Shown: positions 52,961 through 63,666, numbered from the stretch's first letter. The stretch: DNA of 64,000 nt from Alphaproteobacteria bacterium (GCA_045537965.1 JAZSQL010000050.1:12096-76095), one strand, 5' to 3'. Translations and numbers: made by a program. Notes: generated by a model not told the origin, from the letters alone.

Positions 52961-54175
52961 TTAAAAAAATGTTTTTGCTTTATTCAAAGCTTTACATAAT
53001 ACATCAATATCTTCTTTGGTATTGTATAATCCTAAGCTTGCTCTTACGACTGACTCATGTCCCATACGGCGAACCAGAGGTGCAGCACAATGGTGTCCTA
53101 CTCGGACCGATATTCCCTCTTTATCTAAAATAAAAGCTAAGTCTTGAGGATGAATATTTTCAATTATAAAAGAAAAAACACCACCTTTTTCTTCTGCTGA
53201 GCCTATTTGAACAAGTCCATCTATTTTATTTAGCTCTTGCTTAGTATATTCAATAAGCTCTTTTTCATGAGACATTATATTATCAAAACCAAGATTCATA
53301 ATATATTCTAGTGCTGTGGCTAAGCCTATTGCTTGTACAATAGCTGGAGTACCTGCTTCAAAACGAGCTGGTGGATCATCAAATGTGGTAGCTTGATATG
53401 TTACAACATTAACCATATCTCCACCATATTGATAAGGAGGCATACTGTCTAGAATATCGTATTTACCATAAAGCACGCCTATTCCTGTAGGTCCGTATGT
53501 TTTATGACCAGAAAAAGCTAAAAAATCACAATCTAAATCTTGAACATCTATTTTTTGATGAACAGCTAATTGGCAAGCATCAATCAAAACCTTAGCTCCA
53601 ACCCTATGAGCTGAAGCAATTATTTCTTTTATAGGAAAAATAGTTCCTAATACATTGGACATACCACTTATCGCAATAAGTTTGGTTTTACCATTTAGAA
53701 GTTTGCAAAAATCATCCCAATCAAATGAACCATCATCTTTTATTTTACAAATTTTTAATTCAAAACCTATTTCATCACGAAGAACTTGCCAAGGCACTAG
53801 GTTAGCATGGTGTTCCGCTTCAGTAATAATAACTTCATCTATTTTTGTTAAAAATTTACGTCCCCAAGTTGACGCAACTAAATTTATAGCTTCTGTAGCA
53901 TTACGAGTAAAAACTATTTCTGAAGCTTGAGATGCATTTAAAAACTTTTGTACTGTTTGACGCGCCCGCTCATAAGCTGATGTTATTTCTTCAGATAAAA
54001 AATATGAGCCACGATGTACATTTGCATATTCGTTAGAATATATGCTCATCATTTTGTCTATGACACATCGAGGTTTTTGAGCAGACGCTCCTGAATCAAG
54101 AAAAGTATTTCGTTTACCATTAACTAGTACATCAAATATGGGAAAGTCTTTTCTTATTTTCTCTACATCATACAT
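52961..54175 (-). CDS. sufS: cysteine desulfurase SufS (group II)
   Basis: PLP-lysine motif FSGHKTYGPTGIG, catalytic loop RVGHHCAAPL, and N-terminal FLDSGASAQKP. Confidence 0.9.
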   Translation of the reverse strand: MYDVEKIRKDFPIFDVLVNGKRNTFLDSGASAQKPRCVIDKMMSIYSNEYANVHRGSYFLSEEITSAYERARQTVQKFLNASQASEIVFTRNATEAINLVASTWGRKFLTKIDEVIITEAEHHANLVPWQVLRDEIGFELKICKIKDDGSFDWDDFCKLLNGKTKLIAISGMSNVLGTIFPIKEIIASAHRVGAKVLIDACQLAVHQKIDVQDLDCDFLAFSGHKTYGPTGIGVLYGKYDILDSMPPYQYGGDMVNVVTYQATTFDDPPARFEAGTPAIVQAIGLATALEYIMNLGFDNIMSHEKELIEYTKQELNKIDGLVQIGSAEEKGGVFSFIIENIHPQDLAFILDKEGISVRVGHHCAAPLVRRMGHESVVRASLGLYNTKEDIDVLCKALNKAKTFF

Positions 54176-54192
54176 TAATTATCACCATGAAA

Positions 54193-55458
54193 TTATTTTA
54201 ATAAATCGTCTTTTAATGATAATTTAATCCAGTCTTGAATTTTTTCATCATCTACTTTAGCAATAACATCATTTAGATAGGCATCTATCAACAACTGTTT
54301 AGCAACGTCCTCCTTTATACCACGTGAACGCATATAAAAAAGTTGATCTTGATCAAGCTCACCACAAGCTGAACCATGTGAACATTTAACATCGTCTGCA
54401 TAAATTTCGAGCTCTGGTTTGACATCTATTTCGGCATCATCACTCAAAAGCATTGCTTTATGTAACTGATATCCTTCTGTTTTAATTGCATTAGGTGCTA
54501 TATGTATTTTTCCTTGAAAAACACCTTTAGCTTGCCCCCCAACAACTCCTTTAACTAGCTGTGATGATATTGTATGTGGTTTTTGATGTTCAATGTCTGT
54601 TGTAATATCTATGGTTGCCCAACCATTCATTAAATATGCCCCATTGATATCAGCTGTAGCACCTTCTTCAGATAAGAATACTTTTGTTTCATGACGTGCC
54701 ATATCAGCACCTTTTTGCAAACAAAAACTATTGTATCTTCCGTTACGACAAACTTTGGCAGCATTAAATGTTATATGACCAGCCTTAAATGCATCATTTT
54801 GTACTTTATAATGATATAGTTTTGCATCGTTAGCTATAAACATTTCATTTACAACATTTATAACATATGATGACTTTATAATACCATCATAACAGTATAA
54901 TTCAGCTACTTTGATTGAAGAATTGGAATCAACCACTATCAAATTTCGTATATTATAAAGCTCTGCATTGTTGAGAGCTGTTGTATGATAGATAAAAACT
55001 ATTGGCTTGGATATATCTATATTAGAATCGACGTGCAAATATATTCCTTCGTTGAGATATGCTGTATTTAAGGCAGCAAAAGGATATTTATCGATATCAA
55101 CCAATGTTCCTATCTTATCTCTAATATTCGGTTGAAACATTATCGCTTCAATTATTGGAATTATTTCAATTCCTTGTGGAAGATTGGAAAGATGGGGATT
55201 AAAAACTCCATTTTCAAAATAAACATAATAACAATCAAAAGGTACCGTAACTGATGAATTTCCTAATACATTATTCCCTCGGCTAACAGGGGTAAAATTT
55301 TGCTCAAAAAAACGATTGGGTTTAGTATACTTCCAATTTTCTGTTTTGGCCGTTGGTATTCCATATTTTTTATATGATAATAAACCTTGCTCTCTTAAAT
55401 TGTGGAGCCATGGCAAATCATTACTTATTAGGGCTATATTTTCAAGCTGAATGGTCAT
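54193..55458 (-). CDS. sufD: Fe-S cluster assembly protein SufD
   Basis: Beta-helix protein with the C-terminal pattern LEIYADDVKCSHGSACGELDQDQLFYMRSRGI. The ATGA overlap links it to the sufC stop. Confidence 0.85.
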   Translation of the reverse strand: MTIQLENIALISNDLPWLHNLREQGLLSYKKYGIPTAKTENWKYTKPNRFFEQNFTPVSRGNNVLGNSSVTVPFDCYYVYFENGVFNPHLSNLPQGIEIIPIIEAIMFQPNIRDKIGTLVDIDKYPFAALNTAYLNEGIYLHVDSNIDISKPIVFIYHTTALNNAELYNIRNLIVVDSNSSIKVAELYCYDGIIKSSYVINVVNEMFIANDAKLYHYKVQNDAFKAGHITFNAAKVCRNGRYNSFCLQKGADMARHETKVFLSEEGATADINGAYLMNGWATIDITTDIEHQKPHTISSQLVKGVVGGQAKGVFQGKIHIAPNAIKTEGYQLHKAMLLSDDAEIDVKPELEIYADDVKCSHGSACGELDQDQLFYMRSRGIKEDVAKQLLIDAYLNDVIAKVDDEKIQDWIKLSLKDDLLK

Positions 55459-56216
55459 TCTTTTTCTTTCACAAACTCAGCATAGCCTTTTTCTTCTAAC
55501 TCTAAAGCAAGCTCTTTGCTGCCAGTCTTAACAATTTTTCCGTCGGCATATACATGCACAAAATCAGGTACAATATAGTTTAATAGTCTTTGATAATGCG
55601 TAATAATCAAAAGACCATTTTGCTTAGTATGTAAAGAATTTACACCTTCAGCTACAACACGTAAAGCATCAATATCAAGTCCTGAATCTGCCTCGTCTAG
55701 AATGGCTAATACAGGCTTTAATACAGACATCTGTAATGTCTCTAACCTCTTTTTTTCACCGCCAGAAAAACCTACATTAACGGCTCTTTTTATCATTTCA
55801 GCATCAAGCCCTAACTTTTTACCCTCAGCTCTAACCATTTTGATAAATTCCATTGTATCAAGTTCTGGCTCTCCACGATATGAACGAATCGCATTAACAG
55901 AATGTTTTAAAAACGAAGTTACAGGAACACCTGGAATTTCAACTGGATATTGCATTGATAAAAATAAACCTTCACAAGCACGTTCTTCTGGTGATAGAGA
56001 AAACAAATCTTTTCCTTTAAATCTTACTGTTCCTGAAGTAGCTTCATACCCTGGTTTACCACAAAGGACATTGGACAATGTAGATTTTCCTGCTCCATTT
56101 GGTCCCATAATAGCATGAATTTCTCCAGGATTTATGGTAAGGTTAAATCCTTTGATAATTTCCTTGCCATCGACCTTAGCATATAAATCTTCTATTTCAA
56201 GTAAAGGGGTTGTCAT
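55455..56216 (-). CDS. sufC: Fe-S cluster assembly ATPase SufC
   Basis: Walker A GPNGAGKST, ABC signature FSGGEKKR, Walker B AILDEADSGLD. The ATG at 56216 shares one base with the upstream stop (TAATG). Confidence 0.9.
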   Translation of the reverse strand: MTTPLLEIEDLYAKVDGKEIIKGFNLTINPGEIHAIMGPNGAGKSTLSNVLCGKPGYEATSGTVRFKGKDLFSLSPEERACEGLFLSMQYPVEIPGVPVTSFLKHSVNAIRSYRGEPELDTMEFIKMVRAEGKKLGLDAEMIKRAVNVGFSGGEKKRLETLQMSVLKPVLAILDEADSGLDIDALRVVAEGVNSLHTKQNGLLIITHYQRLLNYIVPDFVHVYADGKIVKTGSKELALELEEKGYAEFVKEKE

Positions 56217-56494
56217 TATTTTTTGTCCCAATCATCTAAACGTTTTGCAATAAGTTTTATTTTTTCAGTCTTGTATGTTTCAACTCTGTCGAATATTTGG
56301 TAGTTTTCTTTGAGTTGTGCCAACATAATTTCTACATCTGCAGTTTCTTCAATTATTTGATCTATATTATCTTTATGACGACAAATATTTTTTAATATCT
56401 CTTTCATTAATTCAGACATTTCTTCAACAACCATCATCATCTGAGCCTGCTCGCCCCATGTCTTCAACGCTCTTTTTAGTACGGGATCTATCAT
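56216..56494 (-). CDS. MazG-like all-alpha NTP pyrophosphohydrolase-fold protein (92 aa) embedded in the suf operon
   Basis: VVEEMSELMKEI (E-x2-E-x2-E type) and IIEETADVEIML (E-x2-D) match the MazG/YpjD metal-binding helices. The start abuts the sufB stop (TAAATG). Confidence 0.5.
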   Translation of the reverse strand: MIDPVLKRALKTWGEQAQMMMVVEEMSELMKEILKNICRHKDNIDQIIEETADVEIMLAQLKENYQIFDRVETYKTEKIKLIAKRLDDWDKK

Positions 56495-57946
56495 TTAACC
56501 AACACTTCCTTCCAAACTTATATTTATTAATTTCGCAGCTTCAATGGCAAATTCCATAGGCAAATGTTGCATAACTTCTTTGCAAAATCCATTAACGATA
56601 AGGCTGACAGCTTCTTCTTCGCCAATACCACGGCTCATGCAATAAAAAAGTTGATCATCTGAAATTTTTGATGTTGTTGCCTCATGTTCAAGTTTAGCTG
56701 TTTTATTACGATTTTCAATATAAGGCACTGTGTGTGAACCACAGGTTGTTCCTATAAGTAAACTATCACATTGAGTATAATTACGAGCATTATCTGCTGA
56801 AGTAGCTACTTTCACTAACCCTCGATATGTTTGATTTGAAAAACCAGCAGAAATTCCTTTGGATATGATTTTTGACTTGGTGTTTTTGCCGATATGTATC
56901 ATTTTAGTACCTGTATCAGCCTGTTGTTTATTGTTGGTAATTGCCACCGAATAAAATTCGCCAGAAGAGTTATTGCCTTGTAAAATACAAGATGGGTATT
57001 TCCAAGTAACTGCAGAACCTGTTTCAACTTGAGTCCATGAAACTTTTGAATTTTCACCCCTGCAAGCTGCTCTTTTGGTTACAAAGTTGTATACACCACC
57101 CTTACCCTCAGCATCTCCTGGATACCAATTTTGAACTGTTGAATATTTAACCTCTGCATTATTTAATACTACAATTTCAACTATGGCAGCATGAAGTTGA
57201 TTTTCATCTCGCTGAGGAGCTGTACATCCTTCTAAGTAAGATACATAGCTTTCATCATCTGCAATAATAAGTGTTCGCTCAAACTGTCCTGTATTTTTAG
57301 CATTAATACGAAAATAGGTTGAAAGTTCCATAGGACATTTAATGCCTTTAGGAATATACACAAAGGAGCCATCTGTGAAAACAGCAGAATTGAGACAAGC
57401 AAAAAAGTTGTCTGTATAAGGCACTACCGATCCAAGATATTTTTTTACTAAATCAGGATGTTCTTTAATTGCTTCAGAAATTGAGCAAAATATAACTCCC
57501 TGTTCTGCAAGTTTAGCACGATATGTCGTAGCAACCGAAACACTGTCAAAAACAGCATCTACAGCTACAACACCCGCCAGTATTTCTTGTTCTTTAAGGG
57601 GAATCCCTAATTTTTCATAAGTATCTAACAAATCTTTATCTACTTCATCTAGGCTTTTTGGCGCAACTTTCTGCTTTGGTGCAGAGTAGTATGATAGTCC
57701 TTGATAATCAATTTTATCGTAAACTAACTTTGCCCACGTAGGTTCCTTCATATTACGCCAAAATTCAAATGCTTTTAGGCGCCAATCTAAAAGCCAATCT
57801 GGCTCACCTTTTTTTTGTGATATTAAGCGGATTATATCAGCATTAAGTCCGCAAGGAATCGTATCAGCTTCAATATCTGTTACAAAGCCGTATTTATACT
57901 TATCACCTGAACTATCTGTGATAGTTATGTCTTTCTCTTCTTTCAT
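56495..57946 (-). CDS. sufB: Fe-S cluster assembly scaffold SufB
   Basis: [16 protein letters not shown], the conserved beta-helix core, and the C-terminal [18 protein letters not shown] pattern. 483 aa. Confidence 0.9.
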   Translation of the reverse strand: MKEEKDITITDSSGDKYKYGFVTDIEADTIPCGLNADIIRLISQKKGEPDWLLDWRLKAFEFWRNMKEPTWAKLVYDKIDYQGLSYYSAPKQKVAPKSLDEVDKDLLDTYEKLGIPLKEQEILAGVVAVDAVFDSVSVATTYRAKLAEQGVIFCSISEAIKEHPDLVKKYLGSVVPYTDNFFACLNSAVFTDGSFVYIPKGIKCPMELSTYFRINAKNTGQFERTLIIADDESYVSYLEGCTAPQRDENQLHAAIVEIVVLNNAEVKYSTVQNWYPGDAEGKGGVYNFVTKRAACRGENSKVSWTQVETGSAVTWKYPSCILQGNNSSGEFYSVAITNNKQQADTGTKMIHIGKNTKSKIISKGISAGFSNQTYRGLVKVATSADNARNYTQCDSLLIGTTCGSHTVPYIENRNKTAKLEHEATTSKISDDQLFYCMSRGIGEEEAVSLIVNGFCKEVMQHLPMEFAIEAAKLINISLEGSVG

Positions 57947-58098
57947 AGTGAATCAGAAACTAGTGCTTTTTTTTATTAAAATCAACCTATTTTTCGGTAT
58001 TTTATTGATATATATTCCAATTTAGAAAATATTAATGGTTAGGTGGTAAAAGTTTTGTAGTAGAGCTTTGCTAACTGAATTGTAGGATTTTTTGAAAA

Positions 58099-58986
58099 AT
58101 GCTCTGGCGGAGTATTTTAGCGTGTTTATTATCTTTTATTCTTAGCTCCTGTTCATCGGATACTAAGTTGTTTGGTTATACGTTATGGGGACGTCCTCAT
58201 TATGGTAATAACCCATCATCAGTTAGAGTGCAAAAGGGGGACACTCTTTATAGTATAGCTAGAGCTAACGATGTTCCAATTCGTGAAATAATAGAGATTA
58301 ATAATTTTCGACCACCTTACACATTAAGAATCGGACAAATTGTAGCATTACCAAAAGCAAAATATCATATTGTAGAAAAAGGGGATACTCTATATAACAT
58401 ATCAAAAAGATATAATGTAGATATGCCTACTTTAAGCAGAACTAATAATTTAGCTGCACCTTTTACACTAAAATTAGGACAAAGATTGTTACTACCTGGT
58501 AGCATTGTTACCCGACAAAAAAATTATATAAAAACATCTAAACCGACAAAGACAACTACTCAAAAATCATCTTATAGCAAATACACCTATAGACAACCAT
58601 CAACCAAACGTAAGCAAAAGTTTGTCTGGCCAGTTAATGGCAAAGTTATATCTGATTATGGGCCTATTGCTAAAGGACGTAATAATGATGGTATCAACAT
58701 TAAAGTGCCTAAAGGAACTCCTATTAAAGCTGCTGATAATGGAACAGTAGCTTATGCTGGAAACGAGTTGAAAGGTTTTGGTAACTTAATTTTAATTAAA
58801 CATAATGATGGTTGGGTTACAGCCTATGCTCATGCAGATAAAATAAATGTTAGTAAAGGACAAAAAGTAACAAAAGGAACAACTATTGGAACAGTTGGCA
58901 CATCTGGTGGGGTTAGCACTCCCCAACTACACTTTGAAACTAGAGCTGGAAAAAAGGCATTAAACCCTAAGACTTATCTGCAATAA
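58099..58986 (+). CDS. NlpD-like lipoprotein: two LysM domains plus degenerate LytM (M23) domain
   Basis: Lipobox ILSSC. LysM repeats (VQKGDTLYSIARANDV..., VEKGDTLYNISKRYNV...). The M23 fold has NDGINI in place of HxxxD, but TPQLHFE is retained, like the catalytically inactive amidase activator NlpD. Confidence 0.75.
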   Translation: MLWRSILACLLSFILSSCSSDTKLFGYTLWGRPHYGNNPSSVRVQKGDTLYSIARANDVPIREIIEINNFRPPYTLRIGQIVALPKAKYHIVEKGDTLYNISKRYNVDMPTLSRTNNLAAPFTLKLGQRLLLPGSIVTRQKNYIKTSKPTKTTTQKSSYSKYTYRQPSTKRKQKFVWPVNGKVISDYGPIAKGRNNDGINIKVPKGTPIKAADNGTVAYAGNELKGFGNLILIKHNDGWVTAYAHADKINVSKGQKVTKGTTIGTVGTSGGVSTPQLHFETRAGKKALNPKTYLQ

Positions 58987-59207
58987 ATCCATACAATTAC
59001 ATATAATCATAACTGACTATTGTTTTACTAAGTTGAGAATAAAAGCTTATTGAATAATTAAATGATAATTTGGTGAATTGGTATTGTATTAAATAAAAAA
59101 TAACAAAAAATAAAAAATAACTTGTTAAATGTTGAAATTTTCCCTATATAAGCAGTAATAAATGTTTTATATTGCGTAGTAATATTAATGTAATTTTGGA
59201 GAAAGAT

Positions 59208-59564
59208 ATGCTGATTAACCCCGCTTTTGCACAAGCTGCTGATACAGTATCTTCTAGTGGATCTTTTACTGGAATGATTGTTCAACTGTTGCTTATTTTT
59301 GCAATTTTTTACTTTTTACTTATTCGCCCACAGCAAAAACGTCTTAAAGAACATGAGGCAAAACTTAATGCTATAAAACGTGGTGATAATATTATTACAG
59401 GCGGAGGTATTTATGCTAAAGTTGTTAGCGTTGACAATACCAAAGATGAATTACAAGCTGAAATTGCTAGTGGTGTTACTGTTAAAGTCGCACGTTCAAC
59501 TATACGCGATGTTGTATTAGAAGAAGTTAAAGCGGCAAATAGTAATAAAAAAACAAAAAAATAA
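59208..59564 (+). CDS. yajC: preprotein translocase subunit YajC
   Basis: ATG at 59208 after GGAGAAAG. IFAIFYFLLIRPQQKRLKEH...GDNIITGGGIYAKV is the YajC signature. Precedes secDF. Confidence 0.85.
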   Translation: MLINPAFAQAADTVSSSGSFTGMIVQLLLIFAIFYFLLIRPQQKRLKEHEAKLNAIKRGDNIITGGGIYAKVVSVDNTKDELQAEIASGVTVKVARSTIRDVVLEEVKAANSNKKTKK

Positions 59565-59585
59565 TTTTCTAATTTGGAATGTAAA

Positions 59586-61130
59586 ATGTATAAACTATCA
59601 AAATCAAGAGTTATAACTATCATTGCAATATGTTTGGTTGGCGTGTTTTTTGCTATTCCAAATATGCTCAATAATAAAGATGTCCTTCCAAAATGGTGGC
59701 AACCTGTAAATTTAGGTCTTGACTTGCAAGGAGGGTCAAACCTTTTGTTAGAAGTTAAGATGGATGAAGTATTAAAAGAAAGAATGTCATCAATTGAAGA
59801 CTCTGTACGTCAAGCTTTGCGCGAAAGTAAAATCCGTTATAAAACCTTAACTTCTAATGAAAAAGGTGTTAATGTTATAATAGAAAATGCTGGAGCCAGA
59901 GCAAAAGCTATAAATATGTTCCGTAAAATTGATGATGGAATTGAAGTGGTAGAAGTTGATGATGGTTCTTTGATTGTTGCTTATAGTGATATTGCTCTTG
60001 GGCAACTAAAGGCTAAAATTGTTGACCAATCGATTGAGATTGTACGCCGCCGAATTGATGAACTAGGAACAAAAGAGCCTGTTATTCAATCGCAAGGAGC
60101 TAATCGTATAGTTGTTCAACTACCTGGCTTGCAGAATCCTGAATATGTTAAAACATTGTTGGGAAAGACTGCTAAAATGTCTTTTCACTTGGTTGATAGT
60201 ACAGCTAGAGCAAGCGATGCTAAGAGAGGAAAACTCGCTGCCAAGTATAAACTTGCTTATGGAGAAATGGGAGAAACATATGTAATTACACGCAAACCTG
60301 TTGTTGGCGGTGAAAATTTAATAGATGCTCAACCTTCATTTCAAGAAGGACAAGCTGTAGTGTCTTTTAAGTTTAATACACTTGGTGGTAAAAAATTTGG
60401 AGAAGTAACTAGAGATAATATTGGCGAACGTCTGGCTATAGTTTTAGATAATGAAGTAATTTCTGCTCCTGTTATTCAAAGCGCAATCATGGGAGGATCT
60501 GGGGTTATTACAGGAAACTTTACCGTAAAGTCTGCTAATGATTTAGCTTTGTTGTTACGTTCTGGTGCTTTGCCTGCTCCTTTAGAAGTTTTAGAAGAGC
60601 GTACTGTCGGTGCTGGTCTTGGGGCAGATTCGATTAAAGCTGGTGTTATAGCTTCTGTTATAGGATTAGCTTTTGTTGTTATGTTTATGCTTGCAGCTTA
60701 TGGTCTGTTTGGTATATTTACAACTATTGCTGTGTTTACCAACCTTTTGTTGATGTTGGGTATATTAAGTGCAATGGGGGCAACACTAACACTTCCAGGG
60801 ATTGCAGGTATTATCCTTACGATAGGTATGGCTGTTGATGCAAATGTATTAATTTTTGAGAGAATGCGTGAAGAAGTTAAGCATGGACGTTCAACTAGAG
60901 ATGCTGCAGAAGCTGGATTTACTGAAGCATGGACAACAATTGTTGACTCTAATTTAACTACTTTAGTTGCAGCTATTGTACTGTTTTATTTTGGCACAGG
61001 TCCTGTTCGTGGTTTTGCTGTTACATTAGCTATTGGTATTGCAACTTCGATGTTTACCTCGGTTACGATAACTAGGTTAATTATTACTGCATGGTTGAAT
61101 AAATATAAACCAACCAAATTACCAATTTAA
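59586..61130 (+). CDS. secD: protein translocase subunit SecD
   Basis: LGLDLQGG, IVRRRIDELG..EP.IQ.QG..RI.VQLPG, VGAGLGADSI, and the C-terminal six-TM bundle (LTLPGIAGIILTIGMAVDANVLIFERMREE). Confidence 0.9.
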   Translation: MYKLSKSRVITIIAICLVGVFFAIPNMLNNKDVLPKWWQPVNLGLDLQGGSNLLLEVKMDEVLKERMSSIEDSVRQALRESKIRYKTLTSNEKGVNVIIENAGARAKAINMFRKIDDGIEVVEVDDGSLIVAYSDIALGQLKAKIVDQSIEIVRRRIDELGTKEPVIQSQGANRIVVQLPGLQNPEYVKTLLGKTAKMSFHLVDSTARASDAKRGKLAAKYKLAYGEMGETYVITRKPVVGGENLIDAQPSFQEGQAVVSFKFNTLGGKKFGEVTRDNIGERLAIVLDNEVISAPVIQSAIMGGSGVITGNFTVKSANDLALLLRSGALPAPLEVLEERTVGAGLGADSIKAGVIASVIGLAFVVMFMLAAYGLFGIFTTIAVFTNLLLMLGILSAMGATLTLPGIAGIILTIGMAVDANVLIFERMREEVKHGRSTRDAAEAGFTEAWTTIVDSNLTTLVAAIVLFYFGTGPVRGFAVTLAIGIATSMFTSVTITRLIITAWLNKYKPTKLPI

Positions 61131-61162
61131 GAACTGTTGAAAAAGAATGAGGATATAAAACT

Positions 61163-62098
61163 ATGATGAAAATTTTTAGTTGGGTTACCAAAGACACTAA
61201 TATAAATTTTATGAAGTCAAAAAATATCACTTATGCTGTTTCGGCTATTCTTTTGGCTTTATCAATTGCTTGTATTGCAATTAAAGGATTTAATTTTGGT
61301 ATTGACTTTTCAGGAGGTATCTTAATGGAAATTAAGTCTCCAAAGGTTATTGATGTTGATGAAATTCGTACGTCATTAAATAAGTTAGCCATTGATGATC
61401 TAAATCTTCAGTCTATGGGAGAAGATGGAACTGAAATAGTAATACGAGCTCAAGCTGCTGATTTAGATGAAAAAGCTCAAATGAATGTAATCAATCAAAT
61501 AAAAGAGACTCTTGGCAAAACGTATGAATATCGACGAATTGATTTAGTTGGTCCTCAAGTTGGTGGAGAACTAAAAAAAGATGGTATTATAGCTTCAATC
61601 ATTGCGGTTATTGCTATTACTCTTTATGTTTGGTTTAGATTTGAGTGGCAATTTGCTTTAGGTGCGATTATTGGTTTAGTTCATGATCTTGTTATAACAT
61701 TAGGTTTGTTGTCATTTTTTGGTTTAGATTTTAGTTTGACAACAGTAGCTGCTATTCTAACTTTAGCAGGTTATTCTGTTAATGATACTGTTGTTACATA
61801 TGATAGAATTCGCGAAAACTTACGTAAGTTTAAGAAAATGGATCAAACTGATTTGTTAAATAAAAGTATAAATGATATTTTATCGCGTACGTTTTTAACA
61901 GGATTGACAACAATGTTTGCAGCCCTAGCTTTACTTATTTGGGGTGGTGAGACATTGCGTAGTTTTGCTTTTACAATATTTTGGGGAGTAATTGTTGGAA
62001 CTTATTCATCTATTTATGTTTCAACAACATTTTTATCTTTGTTTGATTTACGAGCTACTCAAGATGAAGCAAATATAAATCCTTTTGGTAATGCATAA
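61163..62098 (+). CDS. secF: protein translocase subunit SecF
   Basis: GIDFSGG, VGPQVGGELKK, AGYSVNDTVVTYDRIREN, and the TM bundle. Follows secD. Confidence 0.9.
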   Translation: MMKIFSWVTKDTNINFMKSKNITYAVSAILLALSIACIAIKGFNFGIDFSGGILMEIKSPKVIDVDEIRTSLNKLAIDDLNLQSMGEDGTEIVIRAQAADLDEKAQMNVINQIKETLGKTYEYRRIDLVGPQVGGELKKDGIIASIIAVIAITLYVWFRFEWQFALGAIIGLVHDLVITLGLLSFFGLDFSLTTVAAILTLAGYSVNDTVVTYDRIRENLRKFKKMDQTDLLNKSINDILSRTFLTGLTTMFAALALLIWGGETLRSFAFTIFWGVIVGTYSSIYVSTTFLSLFDLRATQDEANINPFGNA

Positions 62099-62109
62099 CG
62101 AGGTTGGAT

Positions 62110-62904
62110 ATGGCTAAAATATCGTGGAAACCAGGGACAATGCTTTTTCCCGTTCCGCCTGTGATGGTTACTTGCGGAACAATGGATAAAGCTAATGTTT
62201 TAACAATTGCTTGGACGGGAATTATAAATTCTGAACCTCCGATGACTTATATATCTGTTCGTCCTAGCCGATTTTCACATGCTATTATTAGTGAAACCAA
62301 AGAATTTGTTATTAACATTACCAATCTTCCATTAGCTAGGGCTTGTGATTTTTGTGGGGTTAGGTCTGGTAAAAACGTTGATAAATTTAAAGAAATAGGG
62401 TTGGAAATTGAAAAAGCTTTTGTAGTAAGCTCTCCAATATTGAAGTCAGCCCCTGTTTCTCTTGAATGTCGAGTAACAGAGATCAAAAAATTTGGTACTC
62501 ACGATATGTTTATGGCTGAAATTGTTAATGTAAATATCGATGATAAATATATTGAAGAAGATGGACGCCTTGCAATTGAAAAAGCAGGTCTTTTGGCTTT
62601 TGCACATGGTCGCTATTATACGCTTGGTCGTGATTTAGGAGCTTTTGGTTTTTCAGTAGATAAAACAAAAGAAAACAAGACGAAACCTCGCAAATCGAAA
62701 TTTATGGACATATTAAAAATTGAAGAACAATTAAAGGAAGGTACTTTGAAAATTAAAGACAAAAAACCGTCTTTGCAAAGACTTCGTGATACTAAAAAAA
62801 ATAATGAAAACAAAACTAGAAAAAAGGGTAAAAAAAGAGGCTTTCTTAGACAGCATGGAAAAACATGGTTTAGAAAAAATGTGACTAAGGAAAATACAAA
62901 ATGA
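62110..62904 (+). CDS. flavin reductase-like (FMN-binding split-barrel) protein with ~85-aa lysine-rich C-terminal tail
   Basis: PVPPVMVTCG...NVLTIAWTG...SVRPSRFSHAII...FVIN matches the flavin reductase-like domain. The tail KTKENKTKPRKSK...KTRKKGKKRGFLRQHGK is highly basic. ATG at 62110 after GAGG. Confidence 0.65.
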   Translation: MAKISWKPGTMLFPVPPVMVTCGTMDKANVLTIAWTGIINSEPPMTYISVRPSRFSHAIISETKEFVINITNLPLARACDFCGVRSGKNVDKFKEIGLEIEKAFVVSSPILKSAPVSLECRVTEIKKFGTHDMFMAEIVNVNIDDKYIEEDGRLAIEKAGLLAFAHGRYYTLGRDLGAFGFSVDKTKENKTKPRKSKFMDILKIEEQLKEGTLKIKDKKPSLQRLRDTKKNNENKTRKKGKKRGFLRQHGKTWFRKNVTKENTK

Positions 62905-63476
62905 CAAAATATAACAACGAAAATAGTTCTAAAAAGATTGGCATTAGTAAATCAAAGATTATTGTTGGCACTATAATACTTGTTGTAGCTATGGTTTTGA
63001 TAACTTTTGGTATCAACCTTAAAATAGATAAAACATCAGATAAAGAAGAATTATTAGCTTATTTATCATCTCTTTCTAACGAAGAACAAGTATCTGTAGG
63101 GCAACTAATTGGTGATACTTATCGTAATCTTTATGGTTATTATAACGTATGTAAAGATAATGGCGTTTTAATAGATAATTACTCGAAAGAATTTTCTAAA
63201 ATATTGAGTGAAGAGCTTAGTATGCTCAATCAATTATTGGCTAAAGATAAACTTGATATTAATGCTGCTACGTTAGTTTTTCTTAATGAAAACGATCGCA
63301 AAGAAATTCATGATAATTTGTACAATGATTTGCGTAATATTGCATCTCCTGACGATAAAGGAATCGTATCGGCATGCAACATGATTAATAGTGAAGCAAA
63401 AAAAATAGTTCAAATAATGGCTGAAAAATCGAAACCATTTTATAGAAAAATTTTAGAATCGTTATTAAACAAATAA
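62901..63476 (+). CDS. hypothetical membrane-anchored protein (191 aa)
   Basis: The ATGA overlap links it to the upstream stop. One N-terminal TM (IIVGTIILVVAMVLITFGI). No family recognised. Confidence 0.45.
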   Translation: MTKYNNENSSKKIGISKSKIIVGTIILVVAMVLITFGINLKIDKTSDKEELLAYLSSLSNEEQVSVGQLIGDTYRNLYGYYNVCKDNGVLIDNYSKEFSKILSEELSMLNQLLAKDKLDINAATLVFLNENDRKEIHDNLYNDLRNIASPDDKGIVSACNMINSEAKKIVQIMAEKSKPFYRKILESLLNK

Positions 63477-63536
63477 TTAGAAAATATTGAAAGTGAAACT
63501 GTACTTTATTACATAGGTGATGTTACAACAAACTAC

Positions 63537-63571
63537 AAAAAAATGACGGCTATAAAGAGTCGTCATTTTTT
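63537..63571 (+). terminator. rho-independent terminator
   Basis: AAATGACG / CGTCATTT stem followed by T6. Confidence 0.65.
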
Positions 63572-63666
63572 ATAGTTTTAATTTTTTGCCTTAAGCAAAC
63601 CTTAAGTTTAAGATGTAGAAATATAGATGTAAGGAAATAATAATCTTTTTAATTAGGAGAAAAACA

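Noticed and set aside
57947-58098. The major strand switch (14 kb of minus-strand genes to the left, 6 kb of plus-strand genes to the right) as a replication origin.
   Set aside because: The 150-bp intergenic region contains no TTATCCACA-like box that I could find. A divergent-operon boundary is the simpler explanation.
59058-59285. 75-aa minus-strand ORF upstream of yajC, and the A-rich reiterations (AAAAAATAAC) at 59095-59125.
   Set aside because: The ORF overlaps the yajC start and has no RBS. The A-rich reiterations are low-complexity promoter-region DNA without clear periodic structure.
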